Below are positions 34,733-42,884 of a DNA stretch of 48,216 bases, piece by piece; position 1 is the first letter of the stretch, and each line of letters begins with the position of its first letter. The DNA is from Myxococcota bacterium. Lineage in GTDB: Bacteria > Myxococcota_A > UBA9160 > SMWR01. The notes beneath the pieces were generated by a model. It was not told the origin of the DNA and searched no databases. It saw only the letters and a program-made list of their open reading frames with translations. The DNA is taken from NCBI GenBank assembly GCA_036482635.1, contig JAZFWH010000281.1, positions 1 to 48,216 on the forward strand, given 5' to 3'. The position numbers and the translations under genes are program-made.

Positions 34733-35881
34733 TCAGAGGACTCGTTGCTTTGGGTTTTCGCCGGACTCGTAGTACTCCTCCACGCGGCGGGCCAGCTCGC
34801 GAACGCGCTGCGGCACCTCTTCGGGAAGCGGCCAACGCGTCAGGGCGACACGCATGCGATCCTGGAGGAGCTGCGCGTCCGGGAACTCCTCGCGCGCGAG
34901 GGCATCGTCGACGTCGAGCCAGTTCTCGACTGCGGTGAGGGTGCGCGTCAAACGCTCCGCCAGCTCGACCATGCCGGGCGAGTGGATCCGGGAGCTGCGC
35001 ACCTTCTCGGCCAGACCCGGCAGCTGGTCGCGCGCCTCCTCCAGCTTCGCGCGCACTCCCTCTGCGTCCTGGGCCAGGTTCGTCACCAGCTCGTGGAAGC
35101 GGCGCTGGATCGGCTCGTGGGAGATCTCCCGCAGCAGGATCACCCGTCCCAGGCTCGCATTCGATTCGTCCCTCAGGTCGTGGCTGGTGACGCGCAGGCG
35201 CCGGCGCTGCTCTCCCATCTGCACATCCACGTCGTCGTAGCTGACGGCGTCGTCTCCCGCGACCTGATAGGCGGCTGCACCGACCCCTTCGAGGCCGTGG
35301 TGCTCGATCACCTCCTGAAGGGGGCGCCCGCGCAGGTCGCCCTGCAGGGCCAGGTAGTCGCGGGCGGGGCGATTGACCGCCTGGATGACGCCGGCTCCGT
35401 CCACGGCCAGAGCGCCGGTGTCGAGCTGGTCCATCACCGCTTCGAGAAAGACGTTCGCGTGGCGCAGTTCCGTCAGCAGGCGGTCGTTCTCGACGCTCAG
35501 GTGGTAGTGCTCGACCGCCTGCTTCATCAGCTGCTTGAGCTGCTCGGGTTCCCAGGGCTTCGTGACGTAGGCGTAGACGTGCCCGTCGTTGATCGCCTGG
35601 ATGATCGCCTCCATGTCCGAAAAGCCGGTGAGGATCATGCGCACCGTGGCCGGGTGTCGCTTGCACACCTCCGTGACGAACTCGACTCCGCTCATCTCGG
35701 GCATGCGCTGATCGGTGAGAACGGCGGCGATCGGAGCCTTTTCGTCCAGGATCTCGAGGCCGCGGCGCGCATCGCGCGAGGTGTAGACCTCGTAGCTGTC
35801 CTGGAACGTGAAGGTCATCGTCTCGAGGATCGCCTCCTCGTCGTCGACGACCAGGATGCGGGCGGGAGAGGGGTTCGCCAT
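34733..35881 (-). CDS. Response regulator: receiver - coiled coil - PAS - unknown helical C-terminus
   Basis: ILVVDDE, LTDQRMPEMSG, ILTG, VTKPW. PAS (AVDGAGVIQAVN..A, GRVILLREIS). No recognisable output domain. Confidence 0.85.
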   Translation of the reverse strand: MANPSPARILVVDDEEAILETMTFTFQDSYEVYTSRDARRGLEILDEKAPIAAVLTDQRMPEMSGVEFVTEVCKRHPATVRMILTGFSDMEAIIQAINDGHVYAYVTKPWEPEQLKQLMKQAVEHYHLSVENDRLLTELRHANVFLEAVMDQLDTGALAVDGAGVIQAVNRPARDYLALQGDLRGRPLQEVIEHHGLEGVGAAAYQVAGDDAVSYDDVDVQMGEQRRRLRVTSHDLRDESNASLGRVILLREISHEPIQRRFHELVTNLAQDAEGVRAKLEEARDQLPGLAEKVRSSRIHSPGMVELAERLTRTLTAVENWLDVDDALAREEFPDAQLLQDRMRVALTRWPLPEEVPQRVRELARRVEEYYESGENPKQRVL

Positions 35882-36451
35882 TCACCAACCGAGGTAGCCG
35901 CGAAATCTCTTCTTCTCTTGGTCGGCTGCCAGACGCCTGGAGATCTCGGCACGCATCTGCTTGCGGTAGTCACGAAGCCGCTTCGGCAGGCGCTCGCGAG
36001 ACACACGGGTCCACGGCCGCTGCTCGGCGCCGTCGCGGAAGCGACAGAACTTGCGGTAGCCAGCCAGCTCGTGCTTGAATTCGTCTTCCACGAACTTCAC
36101 CATGATCGCGTCGTCCAGGAAGCCGAGGCCCGGTATGTTGTCCGGAATCAGGTCCTCGGGGTTCGAAAAGTAGGCGAGCGCCGCGAGCACCTGATTCACC
36201 ACGTTCTTGGGCGCGTCGTAGCTCTGGTCCTCGATCAACCGGGTCAGGTCCTCCAGCACCGCGATGGCCTCGGTGACGAAGCGAGGCGTCTTCTTGGACG
36301 CGCGCACGCGTTCGACCAGCGCCATCGCTTCCTTCACGATGCGCTGCGGATCCTGCCCGGCGGCGTTCTTCTTCGCCTTCCGATAGAGATTGCGGAAGTA
36401 GCGCGCGTCCTCTTCATCGAGCGTAAACGAAACCTTGAACTTCGAAGACAT
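35882..36451 (-). CDS. YkvA/DUF1232 family protein
   Basis: ALAYFSNPEDLIPDNIPGLGFLDDA signature. Confidence 0.85.
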   Translation of the reverse strand: MSSKFKVSFTLDEEDARYFRNLYRKAKKNAAGQDPQRIVKEAMALVERVRASKKTPRFVTEAIAVLEDLTRLIEDQSYDAPKNVVNQVLAALAYFSNPEDLIPDNIPGLGFLDDAIMVKFVEDEFKHELAGYRKFCRFRDGAEQRPWTRVSRERLPKRLRDYRKQMRAEISRRLAADQEKKRFRGYLGW

Positions 36452-36526
36452 CCGCCAGGCCTCCCAGCCGTCGCGGTCGGCTCCGGACGGCGCGCGCAGC
36501 CCCGCCGGGCCTTCCCCGGACGGGCG

Positions 36527-36556
36527 ACTGTATCAATACCGCGCGTATTCAATCAA
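36527..36556 (-). promoter_or_regulatory. Possible sigma70 promoter (extended -10) for ykvA - REC/PAS - membrane protein
   Basis: Minus strand TTGATT-N18-TACAGT with TGn before the -10. The spacer holds the inverted repeat aatac-cgcgc-gtatt and overlaps the end of the ligase gene. Confidence 0.5.
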
Positions 36557-37900
36557 GCGGTCGACCGCACCCGCCCACTCGCCTTCCCAGCGCTCCAGGA
36601 CGACCTGGCCGGGGCTCCTGCCCAGCTCGAGCTGCTCGAAGACGGGATCCAGATACGCGGTCTCGTCCGGATCGGAGCGCCCGCCGTGCCGGATGCGGCG
36701 CAGGCCGTCGCGGCTGATCGCCGCCAGCTCCCGCGCCAACTCGAGCACGGGACGATCGCCGAACCGCGCCGCGAGGCCCCGCACGGCGACGTCGGAGCGG
36801 GCCGCCTCCCGCTCCTCCTGCCTGCTGAAGGCGACCAGCTCCCAGGCGGCCGCGCGGGCCTGGGTGTCGTAGAGCACCCCCTTCCAGAGCGCCGGCAGGG
36901 AGCAGGTGAGTCCCGGAGGCACGGCGTCGGCCCCGCGCACCTCGATGATGTGCTTGAGGCGTACGTCCGGGAAGAGGGTGGTCAGGTGCCGGTCGAAGTC
37001 GCCCACCGTGGCCCGCAGCTCGGCGTGGCCGACCCGCAGGAACTCGCGGAACGTCTTCCCGTCCGCGGGATGGTGCCGACCTCCCCGCAGGATGAAGAAC
37101 ATGGGCACGTCGAGCGCCCACTCGATGTAGCGGCGGTAGCCGAAGTCCGGCTCGAACACGCTGGACAGCACGCCGGTGCGGTCCGGATCCGTGTGCTCCC
37201 AGGTGTGCAGCCTGCGCGAGATGAAGCCGTTGGGCTTGCGCTCGGAGAGGCTCGAGTTGGCGAAGATCGCCGAGACGACGGGCGACACACCCATCGCGAC
37301 GCGCATCTTGGTCACCATGTCGGCCTCGTCCGCGTAGTCGAAGTTCGCCTGGACCGTCGCCGTCGCGTACATCATCTCGAGCGCCAGCTGCCCGCGCGCC
37401 GGGAGGATCCGCCGCATGATGTCGTAGCGCTGCTTGGGCATGCGCGGAATCTCGTCGACGCTGTGGATGGGGTTGCGGCCGAGACCGAGCCAGACGATCC
37501 CCAGGGGCTCCGAGACGCGCTTCATCAGCGCCAGATGTCCGTGGAACTCGTCGCAGGTCTCGTGGATGGTGCGCAGCGGCGCGCCCGAGAGCTCCAGCTG
37601 GCCGCCGGGCTCGAGGGTGATGCTCGCCCCGTCCTTTTCCAGGGCGATGACGTGGTCCCCCTCCCGGACCGGGGTCCAGTCGTCGGCCTCGGCGACCCGC
37701 CCCAGCAGGGCGCCGATGCCGCGCTCCCCCTCGAAGGGGACCTGGCCCCAACCGTCGGCGTAGATTCCGATCTTCTCGTGTTCGGTCCCGACGCGCCAAC
37801 GCTCCGGCGGCTTCTCCCAGCGGCGCAGGAAGTCGACCAGCTCGTCGATCGACTCGATCGGCTCGTCCTCGCCCGTCGCGGAGCGCCGGTCCAGACTCAC
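36533..37900 (-). CDS. gshA: Glutamate--cysteine ligase (GCS2, plant/alphaproteobacterial type)
   Basis: WRVGTEHEK, ITLEPGGQLELSGAP, MPKQRY, TVQANFDY, FANS, DPDRTG, HLTTLFPDVRLK, IEVRGAD. Confidence 0.9.
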   Translation of the reverse strand: MSLDRRSATGEDEPIESIDELVDFLRRWEKPPERWRVGTEHEKIGIYADGWGQVPFEGERGIGALLGRVAEADDWTPVREGDHVIALEKDGASITLEPGGQLELSGAPLRTIHETCDEFHGHLALMKRVSEPLGIVWLGLGRNPIHSVDEIPRMPKQRYDIMRRILPARGQLALEMMYATATVQANFDYADEADMVTKMRVAMGVSPVVSAIFANSSLSERKPNGFISRRLHTWEHTDPDRTGVLSSVFEPDFGYRRYIEWALDVPMFFILRGGRHHPADGKTFREFLRVGHAELRATVGDFDRHLTTLFPDVRLKHIIEVRGADAVPPGLTCSLPALWKGVLYDTQARAAAWELVAFSRQEEREAARSDVAVRGLAARFGDRPVLELARELAAISRDGLRRIRHGGRSDPDETAYLDPVFEQLELGRSPGQVVLERWEGEWAGAVDRLIEYARY

Positions 37901-37937
37901 CGCTCATCGACTCCGGAGCGCGGATCGGCGGCGCCGT

Positions 37938-38390
37938 TCACGGCGTGGCCGCCTCCTCGAGGAACCGTTCGAGGAAGTCGCCGAGCGCGCTCTCGAGCTC
38001 CGCCTCGGCGTCGAAGGGAAAGCTCAGACAGGGACCCTCCGGCTTGCCGCTGCGGAAGGGCCCCACCAGCGTGACCTCGCCGCGGCTCTTGGCCGTCACG
38101 ATCGCCTTGTGACCCCCGCGAATCAGGTCAAACTCGACGGCCCGCAGGTGCTTGTCGTCGGTGCGCAGCTCGCTGAGCTCGACGCACAGGTGGGGCGCGC
38201 CGGCCTCGGCGGCCCCGCGGTGGAACCGGGTCAGTGCCTGCTGGATGCGCTCGCGCAGGGACTCGGCGCAGGCGCGGGCCTCGTCCAGGCCCGCGCGGTG
38301 GGGCGCTTCGCGGGCGCCCAGGCTGCGGCCGAGCTCTTCGAGCCGCGCGCCCAGGCCGGCGTCGCGTCCGGCACGGGGGGATGCGGACAT
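37938..38390 (-). CDS. Hypothetical protein (about 150 aa)
   Basis: Co-oriented ORF with a protein-like core (RTDDKHLRAVEFDL.RG.H...VTAKSRGEVTLVGPFR.GK.EGPC). Family not recognised. Confidence 0.7.
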   Translation of the reverse strand: MSASPRAGRDAGLGARLEELGRSLGAREAPHRAGLDEARACAESLRERIQQALTRFHRGAAEAGAPHLCVELSELRTDDKHLRAVEFDLIRGGHKAIVTAKSRGEVTLVGPFRSGKPEGPCLSFPFDAEAELESALGDFLERFLEEAATP

Positions 38391-38448
38391 CCCGGGAATG
38401 CTCGCACATTCGGGGGGCACCTGCTCCGCGCCGCCGAGCTCCTGCGGG

Positions 38449-39813
38449 CTAGAGCGCCCCGTCGGTGGCCGCCAGCAGGCCGGAGAGTTCGGCCAGCAGC
38501 AGGTCTCGGCGGGCCACGAAGACGTGCTGCACGTCGAGCGGCACGGGCTCGCCGACCCGGCTGGGGCGCAACCGAGCGGGATCGAGGTAGCGGCCGTCCT
38601 GCGCGATGCGGAAGCAGACGTGGGGTCCGGTGGCCAGGCCGCTCGAGCCCACGTAACCGATCACCTGCTTCTGCTGGACCTGCTGGCCCACGCGCAGGCC
38701 CTTCGAGAAGCGGGAGAGATGCGCGTAGTAGGTGACGTAGCCGTCCTCGTGTCGGATCTTCACGAGATTTCCGAAACCGCCGGCCCAGCCGCGGTAGACC
38801 AGCTCGCCGTCGCCGACCGCCCAGACGGAGGTGCCGACGGGGGCCGCGTAGTCGATGCCGTGGTGGGGCCGCGTGATCTTGAGGATGGGATGCCGGCGGG
38901 CGGCGCTGTAGCGCGAGCTGATGCGCGCGAAGGGCAGCGGAGCGCGCAGGTACGAGCCCTCCACGGAGCTCCCGTCGGGTCGGTAGTAGGCGCCGCGCCC
39001 GACTTCGGGCTCGAAGTAGAGCGCCTTGAACGACCCCGCCTGCCCGTCGAACTGCGCGGCCAGGATGCGGCCCGGGCGCACGTACACGTCCTCCCCGTCC
39101 TCGTGGGTCCGGTAGAGCCGCTCGTACAGGATGCGGAACTCGTCGTTCGGCTGGACCGCTCGGGAGAAGTCCACGTCCCAGGCAAAGATCTCGCCGAAAT
39201 CGCTGGCGAGCTGCGGATCCTCGCCCAGCTCCACGACCGCCTCGTGCAGGCTCGTGGAGACCACCCCGGCGATCCTCGCCGTGCGGGTGGCGAGCTCCGA
39301 CTGCTCGCGGCGGGAGACGTAGTCCTCTCCTTCGAGGGAGAGATGGTAGTTCTGGACCTGCGAGGTCCAGTAGCGGAAGTCGACGACGCGGCCGTCGTCC
39401 GCCTGGACCAGCCAGTAGCTGTGACCGGGCTGCGCGCGGCGGAAGTCGAAGAGCGGTGCGAGCTCACTGGCGATCAGGACGGCCGCCTCGGGCGAGACCT
39501 GCTGGCGTCGCAGGCTGCTCGCGAGCGTCTCGCCCGGCTCGATCACGCCCTCGGTGACGCGCAGCACTTCCTCTGGCTTCGGCGCGCTGAACGGGTCGCT
39601 GCCCGCGGCGACGTCCGGAAGTGCGGGTGTCGTCTCGAGCGCCGCCGCGGTGAAGGACTCTTGCGCGGTGTCTCCACCCACGACCGTCGAGAAGGCGACC
39701 ACGCAGCCCACGGCCGCGAACAACGCCAGCCCGGAGAGCAGGAAGAAATGCTGGAGAAAGGCCAGCGAGTGCGAGGCAGAGGGGCGTGTGCGGGGCGCGC
39801 GCTCGTCCATCAA
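38449..39813 (-). CDS. M23 family peptidoglycan endopeptidase (MepM/OapA-like)
   Basis: N-terminal TM segment, FAWDVDF, RISSRY...RRHPI, HHGIDYAAP.GT, YAHLS, GYVGSSGLATGPHVCF. Confidence 0.92.
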   Translation of the reverse strand: MMDERAPRTRPSASHSLAFLQHFFLLSGLALFAAVGCVVAFSTVVGGDTAQESFTAAALETTPALPDVAAGSDPFSAPKPEEVLRVTEGVIEPGETLASSLRRQQVSPEAAVLIASELAPLFDFRRAQPGHSYWLVQADDGRVVDFRYWTSQVQNYHLSLEGEDYVSRREQSELATRTARIAGVVSTSLHEAVVELGEDPQLASDFGEIFAWDVDFSRAVQPNDEFRILYERLYRTHEDGEDVYVRPGRILAAQFDGQAGSFKALYFEPEVGRGAYYRPDGSSVEGSYLRAPLPFARISSRYSAARRHPILKITRPHHGIDYAAPVGTSVWAVGDGELVYRGWAGGFGNLVKIRHEDGYVTYYAHLSRFSKGLRVGQQVQQKQVIGYVGSSGLATGPHVCFRIAQDGRYLDPARLRPSRVGEPVPLDVQHVFVARRDLLLAELSGLLAATDGAL

Positions 39814-40002
39814 TGCTCCTTCACGGCATCGGTGGGGGCCCCGCCGTCAGACCGCGTATAGGTAGCCGTCAAACTATCCCTCCGCACGGTAGGCGCTTCC
39901 GGACCACCGGAAAGTGAGTGCCATCACAGCCAGTTTGGTTATGTCCCCGGGGGGATGAAGTGCGCGTGCGGGCGAGCCCGGCAGGCCCACCCTATCGGGC
40001 GC

Positions 40003-41352
40003 CTACTGGAGCTCCTGAATCGCCTTGTGGAGGGCCTCGAACAGAGGCTCGACCTGCTCGACCTCGAGGCAGGAAAACGCGATGCGCAGATCCGTGGGCG
40101 CCGTGGCGATCAGGCCGATGCCGTACTCGGCGAGCAGGTGGGTGCGGACGGCCTCCGCCTCCACACCCTTCACCCGCAGGCACATGAAGTAGCCGCTGTT
40201 GAAGGGGTAGGGCTCCCAGCTCTCCCGGAAACGCGGGGCGCGCACCACCTCGTGGAGCTTCGCGACCCGCGCCCGCAGGGCCTCGCGCTTCTGCTTGCGC
40301 TCCTCGGGCAGCGAAGAGGACGCGAGCGCCATCTCCACCAGCGACTGCGAGAGGTGCGAGCTGTTGGAGATGCCGCTGCGAATGGCTCCGCGCAGCTTGG
40401 CTTCGAGGACCGCCAGCACCTCTTCCGCCGTGTCGGGCCGCCCCGGCGCGAAGGTCACGAAGCCGCAGCGCAACCCCCAGGCGAACAGCTCCTTGGTCGC
40501 ACCGTCCAGCTTCACCGCCAGCAGGTTCGGCTGGCGATTGGCCAGCGCGCCGAACAGCGACTCGGTCATCGAGCGCTGCTCCAGGTGATAGAACAGGCCG
40601 AAGTAGGCGTCGTCCAGCACCGCCACGATGCGGGTGCCCCGCTCGGCCTGGCCCGCCAGTGAAGTGACGATGGCCTCGCCCTCGGCCGGCGTGGGCATGT
40701 AGCCGGTGGGGTTGTTGGGAAAATTGAGCAGCACGACGAGCTTCTCGCGGCCCGCCGCGTTCTCCTCCAGCGCCCTGGCGAACCCCTCGCAGTTGAAGCC
40801 GTCTCCGGCGTAGAAGGGGAACGTCGCGAGCTCGGCTCCCAGGCGCAGCTCGTAGAGCAGCCGGTAGTTCCCCCAGAACTGGTCGGGCAGAAGCAGGCGA
40901 TCACCGGGCTCGACGAACAGGTCTCCGACCAGCGCGAGGCCGTGGGTGATGGCGCTCGTCACGGCGGGCAGCCCGAACTGCTTGCCGCGCAGCGACGGGT
41001 TCTCCTCCAGCTGCTTGTCCCGCCAGCGCTCGCGCAGCTCCACGCGGCCGGCCGGCGGCGCGTAGGAGAAGGCGTCGGCGGGATCGACGCCCTTCAGGTG
41101 GCGGGCGATGGAGGGCAGGGTCATCGGCCTGCCGCCCTCGGTGGCGATCCCGATGGTCGCGTCGAAGCGGTGCGCCCGCTCGGCCGCCTCGGCGGTCTGG
41201 GAGAGGATGCCCCGCGGAAAGTAGAGCCGCCGGCCCAGCGACGAGAGCATCGCCAGCACCTCGGGCGCCGCGCTCTCGAGCCTCTGGTTGAGCGCCTGCG
41301 CGAGGGGCTGGAGCTCCTGCTCGGCGAGCCGATCGGATCGCTTGGAAGCCAT
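40003..41352 (-). CDS. Class I/II PLP-dependent aminotransferase
   Basis: DATIG, LNFPNNPTGY, LDDAYFG, KLDGATKELFAWGLRCGF, NSGYF. Confidence 0.92.
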   Translation of the reverse strand: MASKRSDRLAEQELQPLAQALNQRLESAAPEVLAMLSSLGRRLYFPRGILSQTAEAAERAHRFDATIGIATEGGRPMTLPSIARHLKGVDPADAFSYAPPAGRVELRERWRDKQLEENPSLRGKQFGLPAVTSAITHGLALVGDLFVEPGDRLLLPDQFWGNYRLLYELRLGAELATFPFYAGDGFNCEGFARALEENAAGREKLVVLLNFPNNPTGYMPTPAEGEAIVTSLAGQAERGTRIVAVLDDAYFGLFYHLEQRSMTESLFGALANRQPNLLAVKLDGATKELFAWGLRCGFVTFAPGRPDTAEEVLAVLEAKLRGAIRSGISNSSHLSQSLVEMALASSSLPEERKQKREALRARVAKLHEVVRAPRFRESWEPYPFNSGYFMCLRVKGVEAEAVRTHLLAEYGIGLIATAPTDLRIAFSCLEVEQVEPLFEALHKAIQELQ

Positions 41353-41391
41353 GGGCCTCGGGCCCCTGTGTCGGGGGGGCGAACGCGGAAG

Positions 41392-41874
41392 CTACAGCCG
41401 GCGGTGCAGGACGTCCATCAGGTCGTCGAACCCGAGTGCGCGCCAGAATCCCTGACCCTCCGGGTTGCGCGAGGCCACGCGCACCTCCACGCGCCGCACA
41501 CCCCGGGAGGCAGCCCAGTCGAGGGCCGCCTGCACCAGGGCGCGCCCGACCCCGCGGCGGCGATCGCCCTCGCGAACTCCGAGGTCGGTGATCTCGGCGC
41601 GCTCCGTCTCTTCGAGGATGGGCGGGGCGCGGTCGATGCGCGCCGCGCAGAAGCCGGCCAGATCGCCCGCGCGCTCCCACACGAAGACCGCCCCGTCCGG
41701 CTCGCGAAGCTGCGCGGCCAGCAGCCGGCGGATCCGGTGTTCCGAGTCGACCCGCGGGGTGAAGAGGGGATCGAACGAGGTGTGATGCAGGGCCACGGCG
41801 GTCCAGAGCGCCGCCAGCCGGTCCAGGTCGCGCGGCAGCGCCGCGCGCACGGACCCGTCGGGGCCGCGGGTCAC
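41392..41874 (-). CDS. GNAT family N-acetyltransferase
   Basis: VRAA...D, EITDLGV...RRRGVGRAL, V...N.....FWRALGF. GTG 41874 overlaps the upstream stop. Confidence 0.88.
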   Translation of the reverse strand: MTRGPDGSVRAALPRDLDRLAALWTAVALHHTSFDPLFTPRVDSEHRIRRLLAAQLREPDGAVFVWERAGDLAGFCAARIDRAPPILEETERAEITDLGVREGDRRRGVGRALVQAALDWAASRGVRRVEVRVASRNPEGQGFWRALGFDDLMDVLHRRL

Positions 41875-42884
41875 GGCCCGAGACTGCCGTCTCTGAGCAT
41901 CTGGCCGATCTCCTCGAAGGAGCGGCCCTCTTCGAGGATCTGCTGCTCGATCGCGCGCGTCAGGCGATCCACCTCTTGCGCGTGCTCGCGCGGATCGACC
42001 CGCTGCTCGCGCATGTGGCTCTCGATCGCCGCGCGGATCTCGCGGCGCAGCTCTTCGCGCACCTCCTCGGGCACGTCCTCGCCGGCTTGGATCCTGCGCG
42101 CCACCTCCTCTTGCAGCCCCGTCTCGCCGCGCAGCATGGCCTTTCCGAAGTCGCCGAACCACATCTCGAACAGGCGCTCCGACTGGGTCTTGCCGCTGCC
42201 CTTGACGTTCTCGACCGGGCCGGCGCGCAGCAGGCGGAAGGTCCCGTGGCGCGTGCTGTCGCGCTCGAAGCTCCCGCGCAGCACGCCGTCGGCCTCGATC
42301 TGCGCGGTCGCGTACTGCGTGACGCCTTCCAGCGACTCGCTGAGCGCGGAGCCCAGAATGTCCTCCCGCCTGAACACGGGCAGCGCGGACAGGCCCTCGA
42401 TGCTCCAGTTCTCGACGTAGGTGATCACCGAGGCCGAGGCGGCCGCAGGTCGCGACGCCGAGCTCCAGCCGTCCCCGGACTTGCGCAGGGTCTTCGACTT
42501 GCTGCCGCGGGGGTTCACCTCGAGCCCCTGCTGGATCTGCGCGAGCTGGCGCCCGTTGGGCTCCCAGGAGTGGGGGACGCGGCTGGCGGCGCTGGTGCCC
42601 AGGCGCTCGAAGCGGCCCGAGGAATCCCCGAACACCACGATCGGGTACTCCGTCCAGCGCAGTCGGCTCCCCTTGCGCTCGAAGACCCAGACCTTGTCGT
42701 CCCAGCGCTCCTGCTGCGGGTCGTGGGCGTTGTCGTCGCGGTAGTGGACCAGGACGTGCCAGGTGCCGACCAGGTCCGTCGCCGAAGCCGTCGCCGCGGA
42801 CGACGCGAGCGCCAGCCAGGCCAGCCAGGCACCGAGCCGAAGCGCCCTCAGATCGAGCGCGCGGTGGCGGGAAAGTCTCGCCAT
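41871..42884 (-). CDS. Hypothetical exported protein
   Basis: Signal-peptide-like RALRLGAWLAWLALASSAATASA followed by DLVGTWHVLVHY. Trp-rich beta-type core and acidic helical C-terminus. This is the C-terminal part of the track's 923-aa ORF. Confidence 0.72.
   Translation of the reverse strand: MARLSRHRALDLRALRLGAWLAWLALASSAATASATDLVGTWHVLVHYRDDNAHDPQQERWDDKVWVFERKGSRLRWTEYPIVVFGDSSGRFERLGTSAASRVPHSWEPNGRQLAQIQQGLEVNPRGSKSKTLRKSGDGWSSASRPAAASASVITYVENWSIEGLSALPVFRREDILGSALSESLEGVTQYATAQIEADGVLRGSFERDSTRHGTFRLLRAGPVENVKGSGKTQSERLFEMWFGDFGKAMLRGETGLQEEVARRIQAGEDVPEEVREELRREIRAAIESHMREQRVDPREHAQEVDRLTRAIEQQILEEGRSFEEIGQMLRDGSLGP

Noticed and set aside
31654-38074. Very long plus-strand ORFs (31654..34938, 1094 aa; 34655..38074, 1139 aa) and similar ones (291..1847, 21080..23038, 19261..20856)
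   Set aside because: Antisense or off-frame shadows of well-supported genes. They are expected at high GC and have no recognisable motifs.
39909-39923. TGGCAC-TCACT-TTCC on the minus strand upstream of the M23 gene as a sigma54 promoter
   Set aside because: The near-invariant GC of the -12 element is CC, which is insufficient without TSS data.
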